The notes under the pieces are model-generated. The model had not been told where the DNA came from. It did not search any database and saw only the letters and a program-made list of their open reading frames with translations. Source: Thermoanaerobaculia bacterium (GTDB lineage: Bacteria; Acidobacteriota; Thermoanaerobaculia; Multivoradales; JAGPDF01). From it: 64,000 nt of DNA. The stretch spans positions 6,231 to 70,230 of the forward strand of contig CAWBFZ010000011.1 in the NCBI GenBank assembly GCA_963788175.1. Direction: 5' to 3'. Shown here one piece after another: positions 1 through 9,738 of this stretch; position 1 is the stretch's first letter; each line of letters starts with the position of its first letter. The translations under genes were made by a program, and so were the position numbers.

Positions 1-2
1 CC

Positions 3-1967
3 ATCGCGCGCACCGAGCTCCTCGCCATCCTGCGGCAACGCGCCCAGACGCTCGGCTGCGCGATCCGTTTCGAACGCGAGATTGCGGCCGGAGCGGAGCT
101 GCCCCCAGCCGACCTCGTGATCGGTTGCGACGGCGTGAACAGCGCCGTGCGCGAGCGTTACGCCGAGGACTTCGAGGTTTCGATCGACTTGCGGCCGAAC
201 CGCTTCTCCTGGCTCGGGACCGACTTCGCGCTGCCGGCGTTCACCTTCATCTTCGAGGAGACGGAGCACGGGCTCTTTCAGGCGCACGCCTATCCGTTCG
301 CCGCCGGGCGGAGCACCTTCATCGTCGAATGCGGAGAGGCCGCCTGGCGAAGCGCCGCACTCGACCGCGCGAGCGAGACCGCGACGGTCGAGTTCTGCGA
401 GCGCCTCTTCGCTCGCCATCTGGACGGACACCGCCTGCTCGCCAATCGCTCCGTCTGGCGGCAGTTCCCGACCGTGCGCTGCGGCCGCTGGCACCGCGGC
501 AACGTCGTTCTGCTCGGCGACGCCGCGCACACGGCGCACTACTCGATCGGCTCCGGGACGAAGCTCGCGATGGAGGACGCGATCGCGCTCGTCGCGGCCT
601 TCCGGGAGCTCGGGACCGGCGACGTATCGGCGGTGCTCGCGGCCTACGAGGCGGCGCGCCGGGTCGACGTCGCCAAGCTCCAGCGCGCCGCCCAGGTGAG
701 TCTCGAATGGTTCGAGAACGCGAGCCGTTACCGGGTGCAGGAGCCGTTCCCGTTCGTCTTCAACCTGATGACACGTTCGAAGCGCATCACCTACGACAAC
801 CTGAAGGCGCGCGACCCGAAGCTGGTGGCGCGTGTCGACCGGGCGTTCGACCGCCAAGCGGGTTCCGGCGCGCCGCGTCCGCCGGCGTTCGTGCCGTTCC
901 GGGTCCGCGGGGTCGAGCTCGCGAACCGCATCGTCGTTTCGCCGATGTGCCAGTACTCGGCAGAGGACGGCACGGTGAACGATTGGCATCTCGTCCATCT
1001 CGGAAGCCGCGCCGTGGGAGGCGCCGGCCTGGTGATCGCCGAGATGACCAACGTCGAAGCAGACGGGCGGATCTCGCCGGGCTGCGCCGGTCTCTACCGC
1101 GACGAACATCGCGCGGCATGGAAGCGGATCGTCGACTTCACCCACCGCCACTCGGCGGCGAAGATCGGCATCCAGCTCGCCCACGCCGGACGCAAGGCCT
1201 CGATGCACCGGCCCTGGGAAGGCGCGGACCTGCCGCTCACCGCCGCCGAGGGGGCCTGGCAGACGCTCGGACCGTCGGCCGACCCGTTCCGCGCCGGCGC
1301 ACCGGTGCCGAAGGCGATGGACCGCGCCGACATGGACCGGATCCGGACCGGGTTCGTGCGCGCGGCCCGGTGGTCCGCCGAGGCCGGTTTCGACTGGCTC
1401 GAGCTGCACATGGCGCATGGCTACCTGTTGTCGAGCTTCCTGTCGCCGCTCTCGAACTCGCGGCGCGACGACTATGGCGGCGCACTCGAGGACCGGATGC
1501 GCTATCCGCTGGAGGTCTTCACCGCCGTGCGCGAGGCCTGGCCGGCGGAGCTGCCGATGTCGGTCCGCATCTCGGCGACCGACTGGATGACCGACGGCTC
1601 CGGCTTCACTCCCGACGACGCCGTCGTCGTGGCGCGCCAGCTCGAGCGCCTCGGCTGCGACCTCATCGACGTCTCCTCGGCAGGCAATTCGCCCGCCTCG
1701 AAGCCGGACTACGGGCGGATGTATCAGGTGCCGTTCGCCGAGAAGATCCGCTACGAAGCCGGCATCCCGGTGATGGCGGTGGGCGCCATCCTCGACGTCG
1801 ATCATGCGAATACGGTGCTCGCGGCAGGGCGCGCCGATCTCGCGGTGATGGCCCGGCCGCATCTCGCCGATCCCTACCTCACGCTGCACGCGGCGACGCG
1901 CTACGGTGTCGACCTCGCCTGGCCGCCGCAGTACCTGGCGGGCAAGCCGAAGCCGGCGGCAGTTTAG
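3..1967 (+). CDS. bifunctional aryl-CoA monooxygenase/reductase (salicylyl-CoA 5-hydroxylase / 2-aminobenzoyl-CoA monooxygenase-reductase family); 5' end outside window
   Basis: The frame is open from nt 3 ([12 protein letters not shown]...) into listed ORF 117..1967. N-half has FAD-monooxygenase motifs [10 protein letters not shown] and [25 protein letters not shown]-half is Old-Yellow-Enzyme-like ([37 protein letters not shown]). Confidence 0.8.
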   Translation: MARTELLAILRQRAQTLGCAIRFEREIAAGAELPPADLVIGCDGVNSAVRERYAEDFEVSIDLRPNRFSWLGTDFALPAFTFIFEETEHGLFQAHAYPFAAGRSTFIVECGEAAWRSAALDRASETATVEFCERLFARHLDGHRLLANRSVWRQFPTVRCGRWHRGNVVLLGDAAHTAHYSIGSGTKLAMEDAIALVAAFRELGTGDVSAVLAAYEAARRVDVAKLQRAAQVSLEWFENASRYRVQEPFPFVFNLMTRSKRITYDNLKARDPKLVARVDRAFDRQAGSGAPRPPAFVPFRVRGVELANRIVVSPMCQYSAEDGTVNDWHLVHLGSRAVGGAGLVIAEMTNVEADGRISPGCAGLYRDEHRAAWKRIVDFTHRHSAAKIGIQLAHAGRKASMHRPWEGADLPLTAAEGAWQTLGPSADPFRAGAPVPKAMDRADMDRIRTGFVRAARWSAEAGFDWLELHMAHGYLLSSFLSPLSNSRRDDYGGALEDRMRYPLEVFTAVREAWPAELPMSVRISATDWMTDGSGFTPDDAVVVARQLERLGCDLIDVSSAGNSPASKPDYGRMYQVPFAEKIRYEAGIPVMAVGAILDVDHANTVLAAGRADLAVMARPHLADPYLTLHAATRYGVDLAWPPQYLAGKPKPAAV

Positions 1968-1995
1968 TCGCGGCGGGCAGGCTAGACTTCGACCC

Positions 1996-2412
1996 ATGGC
2001 CTTCCGCACGCCGCTGCACGTCCGCTGGGGCGATCTCGATCCGGCCGGGATCGTCTACTACCCGCGTTTCATGCACTTCTGCCACGTCGCCATGGAGGAG
2101 TTCTTCCGCGACGGTATCGGCATCGACTACCCGAAGCTCCTGCGCGAGCACAAGATCGGCTTTCCGGTGGTGCATCTCGAGACCGAGTACCACCGCCCGC
2201 TGCGCTACGGCGACGACGCCGAGATCGAGGTCTCCATCCCGCGCGTCGGCGGCAGCTCGGTCACCTGGCGTTATCGCTTCCTGCATCGCGATATCGCCCG
2301 CCCGGCGGCGGAGAGCCGCATCGTCACGGTCTGCGTCGCCATGGACACCTTCCAGAAAACCGCGGTGCCGGAGTGGCTCTCGGACCTCTTCTGCTCGCCG
2401 ATCGCGCGCTGA
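1996..2412 (+). CDS. acyl-CoA thioesterase, 4-hydroxybenzoyl-CoA thioesterase/YbgC hotdog family
   Basis: ATG at 1996 inside ORF 1906..2412. MAFRTPLHVRWGDLDPAGIVYYPRFMHFCHVAMEEFF is a typical 4HBT-type N-terminus. It starts 29 nt after the hydroxylase stop. Confidence 0.75.
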   Translation: MAFRTPLHVRWGDLDPAGIVYYPRFMHFCHVAMEEFFRDGIGIDYPKLLREHKIGFPVVHLETEYHRPLRYGDDAEIEVSIPRVGGSSVTWRYRFLHRDIARPAAESRIVTVCVAMDTFQKTAVPEWLSDLFCSPIAR

Positions 2413-2441
2413 CCGCGTCGGCCCGGGAGCCGCTCCGCTCG

Positions 2442-3311
2442 ATGCCGCCGCGGCACCCGCTGCTCTATACCGCGCTCTCCGCCGTGAGCTTCGCCCTGAT
2501 GGCGTTCGCGGCGAAGCTCGCGGCGAAGACCCTCTCCGGAGGCGAGATCGCCTTCATCCGCTTTGCGCTCATGCTCCTGCCGCTGATCCTCGTGCCGCGC
2601 CTCGCGCGCCGGGCGCTCGCCTACGATCGCCTCGACCTGCTGGTCTATCGCGGCATCTTCGGCGGCTCTGCGGTGCTGCTCTACTTTCTCGCCATTGCGC
2701 ACATCCCGGTCGGCACGGCGACGCTGCTCAACTACTCTTCGCCGATCTTCAGCGTGCTCTTCGCCGCGCTTCTTCTCGGAGAAGGAGTGCGGCGCTGGGT
2801 GCTCCTGCCCGCCGGGATTGCGTTCCTCGGCGTCGCGCTGGTCACCGGCGGGCTCGCAGAAGGCGGCCTGTTCACCCACTTCGGAAGGTGGGAGGCGGTC
2901 GGGCTCGCCTCGGCCGTGCTCTCCGGCGCTGCGGTCGCGGCGATCCGTGCAGCGCGGCGGACCGAGAGCTCCTGGGCGATCTATGGCAGCTTCACCGTCT
3001 TCGGTCTCCTCACGACGGCGCCGGTGGGAATCTTCCACTGGCGCACGCCGAACGGCCGGGAATGGCTCCTGCTGGTCGTGGTGGGGGCGACATCGATCGC
3101 CGCGCAGCTGCTCATGACTTACGCCTATCGCTGGGTCACCAACGTCCAGTCGGGAGCGATGGCGCAGCTGACGGTCCTCATCGCGTTCGCCCTCGGCGCG
3201 CTCTTCCTCGGCGAGGCCTTCGGATGGAATCAGGCGCTGGGCTGCCTGCTGACGCTGGCCGGAATCATCGGTGTCGTCCGGATTCAGGCGACGCCGCGCG
3301 CGATCGAGTAG
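2442..3311 (+). CDS. EamA/DMT-family membrane transporter
   Basis: ATG at 2442 within ORF 2373..3311. About 10 hydrophobic segments arranged as two similar halves, as in EamA-domain permeases. Confidence 0.7.
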   Translation: MPPRHPLLYTALSAVSFALMAFAAKLAAKTLSGGEIAFIRFALMLLPLILVPRLARRALAYDRLDLLVYRGIFGGSAVLLYFLAIAHIPVGTATLLNYSSPIFSVLFAALLLGEGVRRWVLLPAGIAFLGVALVTGGLAEGGLFTHFGRWEAVGLASAVLSGAAVAAIRAARRTESSWAIYGSFTVFGLLTTAPVGIFHWRTPNGREWLLLVVVGATSIAAQLLMTYAYRWVTNVQSGAMAQLTVLIAFALGALFLGEAFGWNQALGCLLTLAGIIGVVRIQATPRAIE

Positions 3312-3365
3312 CCGCGGAGGCTGTGCAGTCTCTGGAACGAGCGGTACGGGCGCAACGGGCCCGCA

Positions 3366-5135
3366 TCAGGAGTTCTCGGAGGCGCGCGCCAGCGTCGCCA
3401 AGGCTCGCGGCAGGCGCGGATGGGCGTCGAAGAGCTGCACGAACTCCGACTCCCTCCTGCCCCCTTTGGCGCGGATGACCCTGGCAAGCGCAGCGCGGTC
3501 GGAGGCGCTCCAGTCCTCGACGCCCCGGAGCAAGAGGACTACCGGTGCCCAGTGATGGAATGCGGCGCGCTCGCTCGCGCTCCAGCCCGAGAGGCTTCGC
3601 ATCGCGAGCCGGGCGCGGGCTTCGGCGGCGCAGGCCTGGTCGCCACGATCGTCGCCGCGGTGGCCCTCTGCGGAGAAGCGGCGTGAGAGGAGCTCGGTGG
3701 CAGCGACGCCGACCGCCGGGAGCGGGACCTCGCCGATGACGTCGCGACGCTCCCGTCCGAGGTGGAGGAACATGTTCTCGCGCGCGAGACGCGCCAGCGT
3801 CGCGCGCGTCGAGCGGCTCGCGGGATCGCGGCGCTGGCGCTCGAGCTCGCGCCGCATGAGGGCGACGGCCTGCGGCGCGTGCGGCCGGAAGCCGAGCTTC
3901 TGGTAGAACCACCAGGCGCCCGAGTCGAGCGCCTCGTCGTTGCCGTCTCCCAGCTGGTAGGGATAAATGGTGAAGGCGTCGGCGCGGAAGATCAACTGCA
4001 CGGTGGCGAGCGCCCGGGCGTAGACCTGGGCCGCCTCGACGCCGCGGAAGTTCTCGAAGACGTTGAACGCGATCTCGGCCGAACCGAAGAGAGCGCTGTT
4101 CAGGACGTAGCCGGCAGGGACGCCATTCTTGATCGTGAGGAAGGCGTAGACCGACTCGAGCAGCAGGCGGCGTTCGGGGCGGACGCCGATCACCGCGAAC
4201 TGCAGGCCGTCCTCCCAGGTCACCAGGCGCACGTCGTCGGCGCTGCCATAGGCGAAGGCATCGAGGTCGCGGCTGCGGGTCACCATGGCGTCGCGCGCCA
4301 GCTCGAGCGCTCGCCCGGCGCGCCGCCCGCTGAGCTCCTCGATCCTCAGCGGCTGGAGCGCGCCCTCCGCCAGCTCGCGCACGAGGTCGGGCCGGCCGCG
4401 CCGCAGCGGCGCGCGCTGGAAGACCGGCCGTGTGCCGGCGAAGTGCTCGAGCGTCCGCGCCGGTGTCGCCGGAGCCGCGAGCGCGGGCGCGAGCCGGTAG
4501 AAGAGACCGAGGTCGTCGACGACGCGCTCGAAGAGGTGCGAGTCCGGGATCGCCGTCCGCAGGCGTCGCAGAAAGAACGCGCCGCCGGTCTGCGGCGGTG
4601 ACAGCGGGCTGTTCCCGCGGTCACCGCCGCGCATCCGGTCGAGCCACTCCTTCGGCGACCAGGCGATCTCGTCGAGTCCGGGAGCTTCCGCAGGATGCGC
4701 GACGAACGGCAACCAACGCTCGATCCGCTCCGGTGCGTCGACCGCGTTCCAGTCGATCTCCAGGTTCGTCGGAAAGCGCTCGGCGAGGCGCCAGGCGGTC
4801 TCGGCGAAAAACGGAAAGTCGATCGTCGTGCCGGCGATGCCGGTGTCGGCGAGCGCCTCTCGGTGACGCCGGAAGTCGGGGCGGCGGGCGAAAGCACCGA
4901 GCATGCGCTCCACGAGCTCGAGAAGCGGGGCGTCGTCGGGATAGGCGCGCAGGAAGATGAGCAGATCGTGCAGCGCTTCGACTGCGCCCGCCGAGCCGAG
5001 CCGTGCGCGCTCGAGCCGGGCGAGCAGGGCGCGCTTGCGCTCGCCCCAACCGGGACCGAATTCAGCGCGGATCCGGCTGAGTTGGCTGAGGCATGAACTC
5101 GCTGACTTCGGCGCTGCCCTTCGCTTGCCCTTCAT
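3366..5135 (-). CDS. large uncharacterised protein with a GNAT-like core
   Basis: Internal ATG at 5135 ([11 protein letters not shown]...) of ORF 3366..5522. The first 129 codons of that ORF overlap the ligase gene out of frame. ATGA start/stop overlap with the upstream gene (5132-5135). Core [22 protein letters not shown]...[15 protein letters not shown] looks GNAT-like; the rest has no family I recognise. Confidence 0.6.
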   Translation of the reverse strand: MKGKRRAAPKSASSCLSQLSRIRAEFGPGWGERKRALLARLERARLGSAGAVEALHDLLIFLRAYPDDAPLLELVERMLGAFARRPDFRRHREALADTGIAGTTIDFPFFAETAWRLAERFPTNLEIDWNAVDAPERIERWLPFVAHPAEAPGLDEIAWSPKEWLDRMRGGDRGNSPLSPPQTGGAFFLRRLRTAIPDSHLFERVVDDLGLFYRLAPALAAPATPARTLEHFAGTRPVFQRAPLRRGRPDLVRELAEGALQPLRIEELSGRRAGRALELARDAMVTRSRDLDAFAYGSADDVRLVTWEDGLQFAVIGVRPERRLLLESVYAFLTIKNGVPAGYVLNSALFGSAEIAFNVFENFRGVEAAQVYARALATVQLIFRADAFTIYPYQLGDGNDEALDSGAWWFYQKLGFRPHAPQAVALMRRELERQRRDPASRSTRATLARLARENMFLHLGRERRDVIGEVPLPAVGVAATELLSRRFSAEGHRGDDRGDQACAAEARARLAMRSLSGWSASERAAFHHWAPVVLLLRGVEDWSASDRAALARVIRAKGGRRESEFVQLFDAHPRLPRALATLARASENS

Positions 5136-6712
5136 CGGTCTTTCCCTTCGAGGCTGGCAGGGCGCTTGAGCGCGCCGCGGTCGATCTTCCCCAGGTGAGT
5201 GCGCGGCAGCTCTGCGACCAGGTGGACGACGCGTGGCGCCTTGTAGGGCAGCAGCTCTTCGGCCACGAACTCCGCAAGGCGACGCGCCAGGTCCGAAGTG
5301 GCAGCCTTCGGAATCACCCAGGCGTGTGGCTTGAGCAGCCCGTTTTCGTCGACGATCCCGACCACGGCGCATTCGGCGACCTGCGGGTGGCGCAGGAGAG
5401 TGCCCTCGACTTCGGCCGGGGAAAACCACCTGCCGGCGACCTTGAAGACGTCGTCGCTGCGTCCCTGGTAGGTGAAGAAGCCGTCGGCATCGCGCGAGAC
5501 GAGGTCGCCGGGGACGACCCATTCGCCGCGAAAGGCCGCCTGGGTCTTGTCCATCTCGCGGAAGTAGCCCCAGGCGCGTGCGCCGCCGCGCACCCAGAGC
5601 GGGCCGATCTCGCCGTCCGGGAGATCGCGGCCCTCGTCGTCACGCACCCGGACCTCGAAGCCCGGCACCGCCTCGCCGAGGGTCCCCGGGCGCACCCGGC
5701 CGGGACGGTGCGAGAGGAAGATGTGCCACTGTTCGGCGGTGCCGAGGCCGTCGAGCAGCTCGACGCCGAAGCTCTCGTTCCAGCGCTCGCGCAGCGTCAC
5801 GGCGAGCGCCTCGCCGGCGGTGGTCGCGAGGCGCAGCGACGACAGGTCCTGGTCCCCGGCGGAGGGGTGGCTCACCATCTGCTGGATCATCGTCGGCACC
5901 GTGACCAGCACGGTCGGGCGGTGGCGGGCGATCGCTTCGAAGATGGTCTGGGCGGTCGCCTTCTCCGGGAAGAGGCAGGCCGAGGCGCCGACGGAGAAGG
6001 GAAAGAAGAGGTTCGAGCCCATCGCGTAGCCGAAGAAGAGCTTGGGCACGGCGAGGGTGATGTCGTCCGCTGTCAGGCCGAGCGTGCGTTGGCCGTAGGC
6101 CTGGGTGGTGAAGGCGTAGGAGCGGTGGCTCTGGACGACGGCCTTCGGGCGCCCGGTGGTACCGCCCGAGAAAAGCAGCACCGCTGGATCGTCGCGGTGG
6201 GTGCGCACGGTGGGGAAGTGGTCGGCGACGGTGCGTGCGAGCTCTTCGAACGACGGGCAGCCGGGAGCGCGGTCGCCTGCCGTGATGAGCTGGGTGCGCT
6301 CCTCGCAAGCGCCGAGCGCCGCGGCGTAGGTGTGCGCGAGGCGGCCGTCGATCACCGCGAAACGCGGGCGGAGATAGTCCAGCAGCGCCGCCACGGCGTC
6401 GGCGTGGAGCTCCGGATTGAGCATCACCACCACGCCGCCGGCGCGCAGGATGCCGAACAGTGCGGCGACGAAATCGGCGCCGTCCGGGAGTGCGAGAAAG
6501 ACCCGCTCTTCGGGGCGGAGGCCCAGACCCGCCAGGACGTTGGCGTAGCGTCGCGAGTGCGCCGCGACCTCGCCGTAGGTCAGCCCGCGGTCCGGCAGAC
6601 GCAGGGCGATCGCATCCTCCCGCCCCTCGCGCAGGCGCGCGTCGAGCAGCCAGTCGGCGAGGTTGAAGCGCTCGGGAATCTCGATCGGAGCCGGGGGCGA
6701 CGGTGCGGGCAT
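5132..6712 (-). CDS. aryl-CoA ligase, benzoate-CoA ligase family (AMP-dependent synthetase)
   Basis: Intact 526-aa ORF. AMP-binding motif [29 protein letters not shown], and a C-terminal lysine in [10 protein letters not shown]. The N-terminus ([13 protein letters not shown]) resembles benzoate/4-hydroxybenzoate-CoA ligases. Confidence 0.85.
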   Translation of the reverse strand: MPAPSPPAPIEIPERFNLADWLLDARLREGREDAIALRLPDRGLTYGEVAAHSRRYANVLAGLGLRPEERVFLALPDGADFVAALFGILRAGGVVVMLNPELHADAVAALLDYLRPRFAVIDGRLAHTYAAALGACEERTQLITAGDRAPGCPSFEELARTVADHFPTVRTHRDDPAVLLFSGGTTGRPKAVVQSHRSYAFTTQAYGQRTLGLTADDITLAVPKLFFGYAMGSNLFFPFSVGASACLFPEKATAQTIFEAIARHRPTVLVTVPTMIQQMVSHPSAGDQDLSSLRLATTAGEALAVTLRERWNESFGVELLDGLGTAEQWHIFLSHRPGRVRPGTLGEAVPGFEVRVRDDEGRDLPDGEIGPLWVRGGARAWGYFREMDKTQAAFRGEWVVPGDLVSRDADGFFTYQGRSDDVFKVAGRWFSPAEVEGTLLRHPQVAECAVVGIVDENGLLKPHAWVIPKAATSDLARRLAEFVAEELLPYKAPRVVHLVAELPRTHLGKIDRGALKRPASLEGKDR

Positions 6713-6748
6713 CGGCGAAGTCTAGCGAGGGCGAGTAGGATTCGCACG

Positions 6749-7363
6749 ATGGCCACAAACCAGCGCTTTCGTGAATTCCGCCCGCACCCCTGGCACGGTC
6801 TCCCGGTCGGCCCCGATCCGCCGCGGATCGTGACCGCCTACATCGAGATCGGCCCGCTCGACACGGTGAAATACGAGATCGACAAGGTCTCCGGCTACCT
6901 GAAGGTGGACCGGCCGCAGCGCGGCGCGGCCCAGCCGCCGACGCTCTACGGTTTCATCCCGCGCACCTATTGTGGGTCGCAGATGGCGGCGCTCTCGCCC
7001 GCCGCTGAGCGCGGCGACGGCGATCCGCTCGACATCTGCGTGGTCAGCGAGCGCACGGTGACGCGCGCCGACATCCTGCTCGACGCGCGGGTCGTTGGGG
7101 GGTTACGGATGATCGACCGCGGCGAGGCCGACGACAAGATCGTCGCCGTGCTCAAGAACGATCTCTACTGGGGGGAGGTCGACGACCTCGACGGACTGCC
7201 GCCCAAGATGGTCGAACGCCTGGCGCACTACTTCACGACCTACAAACAGATCCCGGGCGGCTCGAACGTGGTGACCGTCGCGGCGACCTACGGCCGCGAG
7301 CACGCCGAAGAGGTCGTGCTGGCGTCGATGGCGGATTACGTCGCCGAGTTCGGGAGTCACTGA
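6749..7363 (+). CDS. ppa: inorganic diphosphatase, family I
   Basis: ATG at 6749, in frame with the tail of shadow ORF 5093..7363. Carries [39 protein letters not shown]. Confidence 0.85.
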   Translation: MATNQRFREFRPHPWHGLPVGPDPPRIVTAYIEIGPLDTVKYEIDKVSGYLKVDRPQRGAAQPPTLYGFIPRTYCGSQMAALSPAAERGDGDPLDICVVSERTVTRADILLDARVVGGLRMIDRGEADDKIVAVLKNDLYWGEVDDLDGLPPKMVERLAHYFTTYKQIPGGSNVVTVAATYGREHAEEVVLASMADYVAEFGSH

Positions 7364-7532
7364 GCTGCCAAGGCTGCGGCGCTGCGGCACCTGCTCGGGG
7401 TCCTGTCCGGTCCGTATCCCATGGGGTCCTCGCGCGGAAGAAGCGGCTGCGACGCCCGTGGGAGTCGGCCCGGCAGCTCCCGTCGCAGGTTGGAATGAAG
7501 TCTCCAGCCTGTTCGTTGGACCGCTGACGGGA

Positions 7533-7612
7533 GGGCGCTCGGGATCCAAGGTGGGCGACCACGCTTCAGACGCCCGATTTGGAGTCCCGAGTGCCGGAGC
7601 GCGCGACCACCG
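7533..7612. repeat. copy A of an ~80-nt conserved palindromic intergenic element
   Basis: Shares a 36-nt block (GGGCGCTCGGGATCCAAGGTGGGCGACCACGCTTCA) and a 27-nt block (CCCGAGTGCCGGAGCGCGCGACCACCG) with 8786..8868. An internal imperfect long hairpin is present. Lies 20 nt 3' of the minus-strand cupin-DinB stop. Confidence 0.8.
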
Positions 7613-7631
7613 ACGCGCCATGACGACCAGT

Positions 7632-8541
7632 CTACTTCGTTTGCAGCTGCGCGAGCGCCTCGCGGATCTGCGCGTTGTGGCGCAGCGTTGTGGCCGCCGA
7701 GCAGCACCAGCACCTGGTGGACGGTCATCTTTCCCGCCGGCCCGTCGGCGAGGTGCTTCTTGACCGGCAGCGTCGTGCGGCGCACGAACTCGGCGGAGAC
7801 GGCGCGCGCGCCGGCGAACTTGGCGAGCGCATCGGCGCGGGTCATGCCGCCCTTCGGCTGGATCGGCTCCGGCGCCTGGAACTTCTTGCTGCGGTCCTGC
7901 AGCATGGTCATGAAGTTCTCCGTCGACAGGCCGCCCTCGACGAGCGCCCAGTTGCTGCTCGCCGGCGCCGCGAGCGCCTGCTGCGACATGCCGAACAGGA
8001 GCCCCTCCGCCGCGCCCAGGTGCTCGACGACCTCGGCGACCGACCAGCGCTCCGGCGCCGGCTTCTTCGCCCAGAGCTCGTCCGGAGTGCTCGCGACGAG
8101 CTCTTCGAGCTCGCGCTGGCCGCGCTCGAAGAGGTCGAGGAGCTGGGCGCGCTCGGCGTCGGAGAGCGTGCCCGAGGGCGCCGTCTCCTTGAGCTCGGTA
8201 ACGGTGACCTTGATCGTCCCTTTGCCGACGTTCTGGCGCTGTGCGCCTGCGCGGGGAGGAAGAAGGTCTCTCCCGCTTTGGCGTCGATGACGTTCTTCGT
8301 GCCGTCGGCGAGAGTGATCTCGAGCTTGCCGCCGGTGACGACGTAGACGGCGTGATCGGGGTGCGAGTGCATGGCGATCTCGGCGCCCTTCTTGAAGGTC
8401 ACCTCGAAGACGCGGACGCGCTCGTTGTCGAGCGTCTGCTTGTAGATCGTCGGGCCGACGACAGCCGGTTCCTGGCGCGGCGGCGGCGAGGGGCAGGGCG
8501 GCGAGCAAGGTCAAAGCGGCGGCTGCGACACGGATGCGCAT
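7632..8541 (-). CDS. secreted cupin-DinB fusion protein; frame-disrupted as assembled (at least 3 breaks)
   Basis: SD AAGGAG plus ATG at 8541, then signal peptide MRIRVAAAALTLLAALPLAAAAP. Cupin core (GAEIAMHSHPDHAVYVVTGGKLEI...ETFFLPAQAH) is in ORF 7908..8402. DinB_2-like half (WSVAEVVEHLGAAEG...HQVLVLLGGHN) is in ORF 7357..8802. The tail LRHNAQIREALAQLQTK-stop (stop 7632-7634) needs a 1-nt shift. Breaks near 8470, 8240 and 7670. Confidence 0.6.
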
Positions 8542-8785
8542 TCTCAAGCTCCTTTTGGACTGCGACGCTGCTGATTTGTTGGAGCGGATACTACTCCGAA
8601 GCGTCGGCTCGGGGACCTGACCGGCCCGCGCAGGTACGCCGGGGACACGTATCCGCTCTGGGGCGTAGCGGGTCCGCCCGCCGGCTCTCTTGGAGCGGCT
8701 ACATGTCCCCAGCTGCGGGTCCGGCCACCCCTCGTCGGCAGGGTGGCGAGAGAAGGGCTTTCGTCCCGGCCTCACCGCGACGCTC

Positions 8786-8868
8786 GGGCGCTCGGGATCC
8801 AAGGTGGGCGACCACGCTTCAAGTAGGAGCCCGCCTTGGATCCCGAGTGCCGGAGCGCGCGACCACCG
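8786..8868. repeat. copy B of the ~80-nt conserved palindromic intergenic element
   Basis: Same two conserved blocks as copy A. 19-bp stem CTCGGGATCCAAGGTGGGC / GCCCGCCTTGGATCCCGAG with one G-T pair and a 19-nt loop. Ends 18 nt 3' of the reconstructed enoyl-CoA hydratase stop (8886-8888). Confidence 0.8.
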
Positions 8869-8885
8869 CTGCTACGACTGGCGCC

Positions 8886-9663
8886 CTACTTGCCGGTCCA
8901 GGCCGCCGGACGCTTGTCGAGGAAGGCGGCGACGCCCTCTTCCTTGTCCTTCGACGAGAAACAGAGGCAGAAGAGGTCGCGCTCGTAGGTGATGCCGTCC
9001 TCGATGGCGAGCTTCTCCGACGCTCGCAGTGCCTCCTTGGCGACCTTGAGGGTCAGCGGGACTCTTGCTGGCGATCTTCTGGGCGAGCTCGAGGGTCCTG
9101 GCGCGCAGTTCGGCGGCAGGGAAGACGAGGTCGACGAGGCCGATCTCCTTCGCTTCCGCCGCGGGGATCATGTCGCCGGAGAGAATCATGCGCATCGCCT
9201 GGCCCATACCGACGAGGCGCGGCAGGCGCTGGGTGCCGCCGCCGCCGGGGATGAGGCCGAGATTGATCTCCGGCTGGCCGAAGCGCGCCTTGTCGGAGGC
9301 GATGCGCATGTCGCACGACATCGAGAGCTCGCAGCCGCCGCCGAGGCAGAAGCCGTTGATCATCGCGATCACCGGTTTCGGGAAGGAGGCCATGATGTCG
9401 AAGATGCGCGGGCTGCGCATCGCGAAACGCTGGTCGAAAGGCGAGCGGCCGGCGAACTCGCCGATATCGGCGCCGGCGATGAAGGCCTTCTCTCCCGAGC
9501 CGGTGATGACGACCGCGCCGACGGCGTCGTCGGTCTCGATCTCCGCCAGCGCGGCCAGGAGCTCGACCCGCACCGCTTCGTTCAGCGCGTTGAGCTTGTC
9601 GGGGCGGTGGATGGTGAGGATGGCGACGCGGCCTTCACGGTCGATGAGCACGGTCTCGGGCAT
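8886..9663 (-). CDS. enoyl-CoA hydratase/isomerase (crotonase); one frame break near 9060
   Basis: ORF 8872..9663: ITGSGEKAFIAGADI, INGFCLGGGCELSMSCDMRIAS, FGQPEINLGLIPGGGGTQRL. After KIASKSP the conserved tail (LTLKVAKEALRASEKLAIEDGITYERDLFCLCFSSKDKEEGVAAFLDKRPAAWTGK-stop) is in another frame; the CCC at AGTCCCGCT looks 1 nt too long. Confidence 0.8.
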
Positions 9664-9738
9664 GATCTTCTTTCGATTCCAGAGGTCAGGGTTGATCGTG
9701 GGTCGCCGCCGGAGCGGCGATCGGTTCGAGGTTCGTCT

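Noticed and set aside
125-3478. 1117-aa ORF on the plus strand (and similar giants such as 5093..7363, 26218..28569 upstream part, 34162..36180 upstream part, 49707..53288 upstream part)
   Set aside because: The translation is Arg/Pro/Ala/Gly-rich low-complexity text with no motifs. It runs out of frame across genes that have clear homology-like signatures. This is a typical stop-poor shadow frame in about 70% GC DNA.
7533-8868. Integron cassette/attC interpretation of the two repeats flanking the cupin-DinB gene
   Set aside because: No GTTRRRY/RYYYAAC core sites at the repeat ends, and no intI integrase or attI in the window. Copy B follows the last gene of an ordinary metabolic operon. A REP/3'-UTR element fits better.
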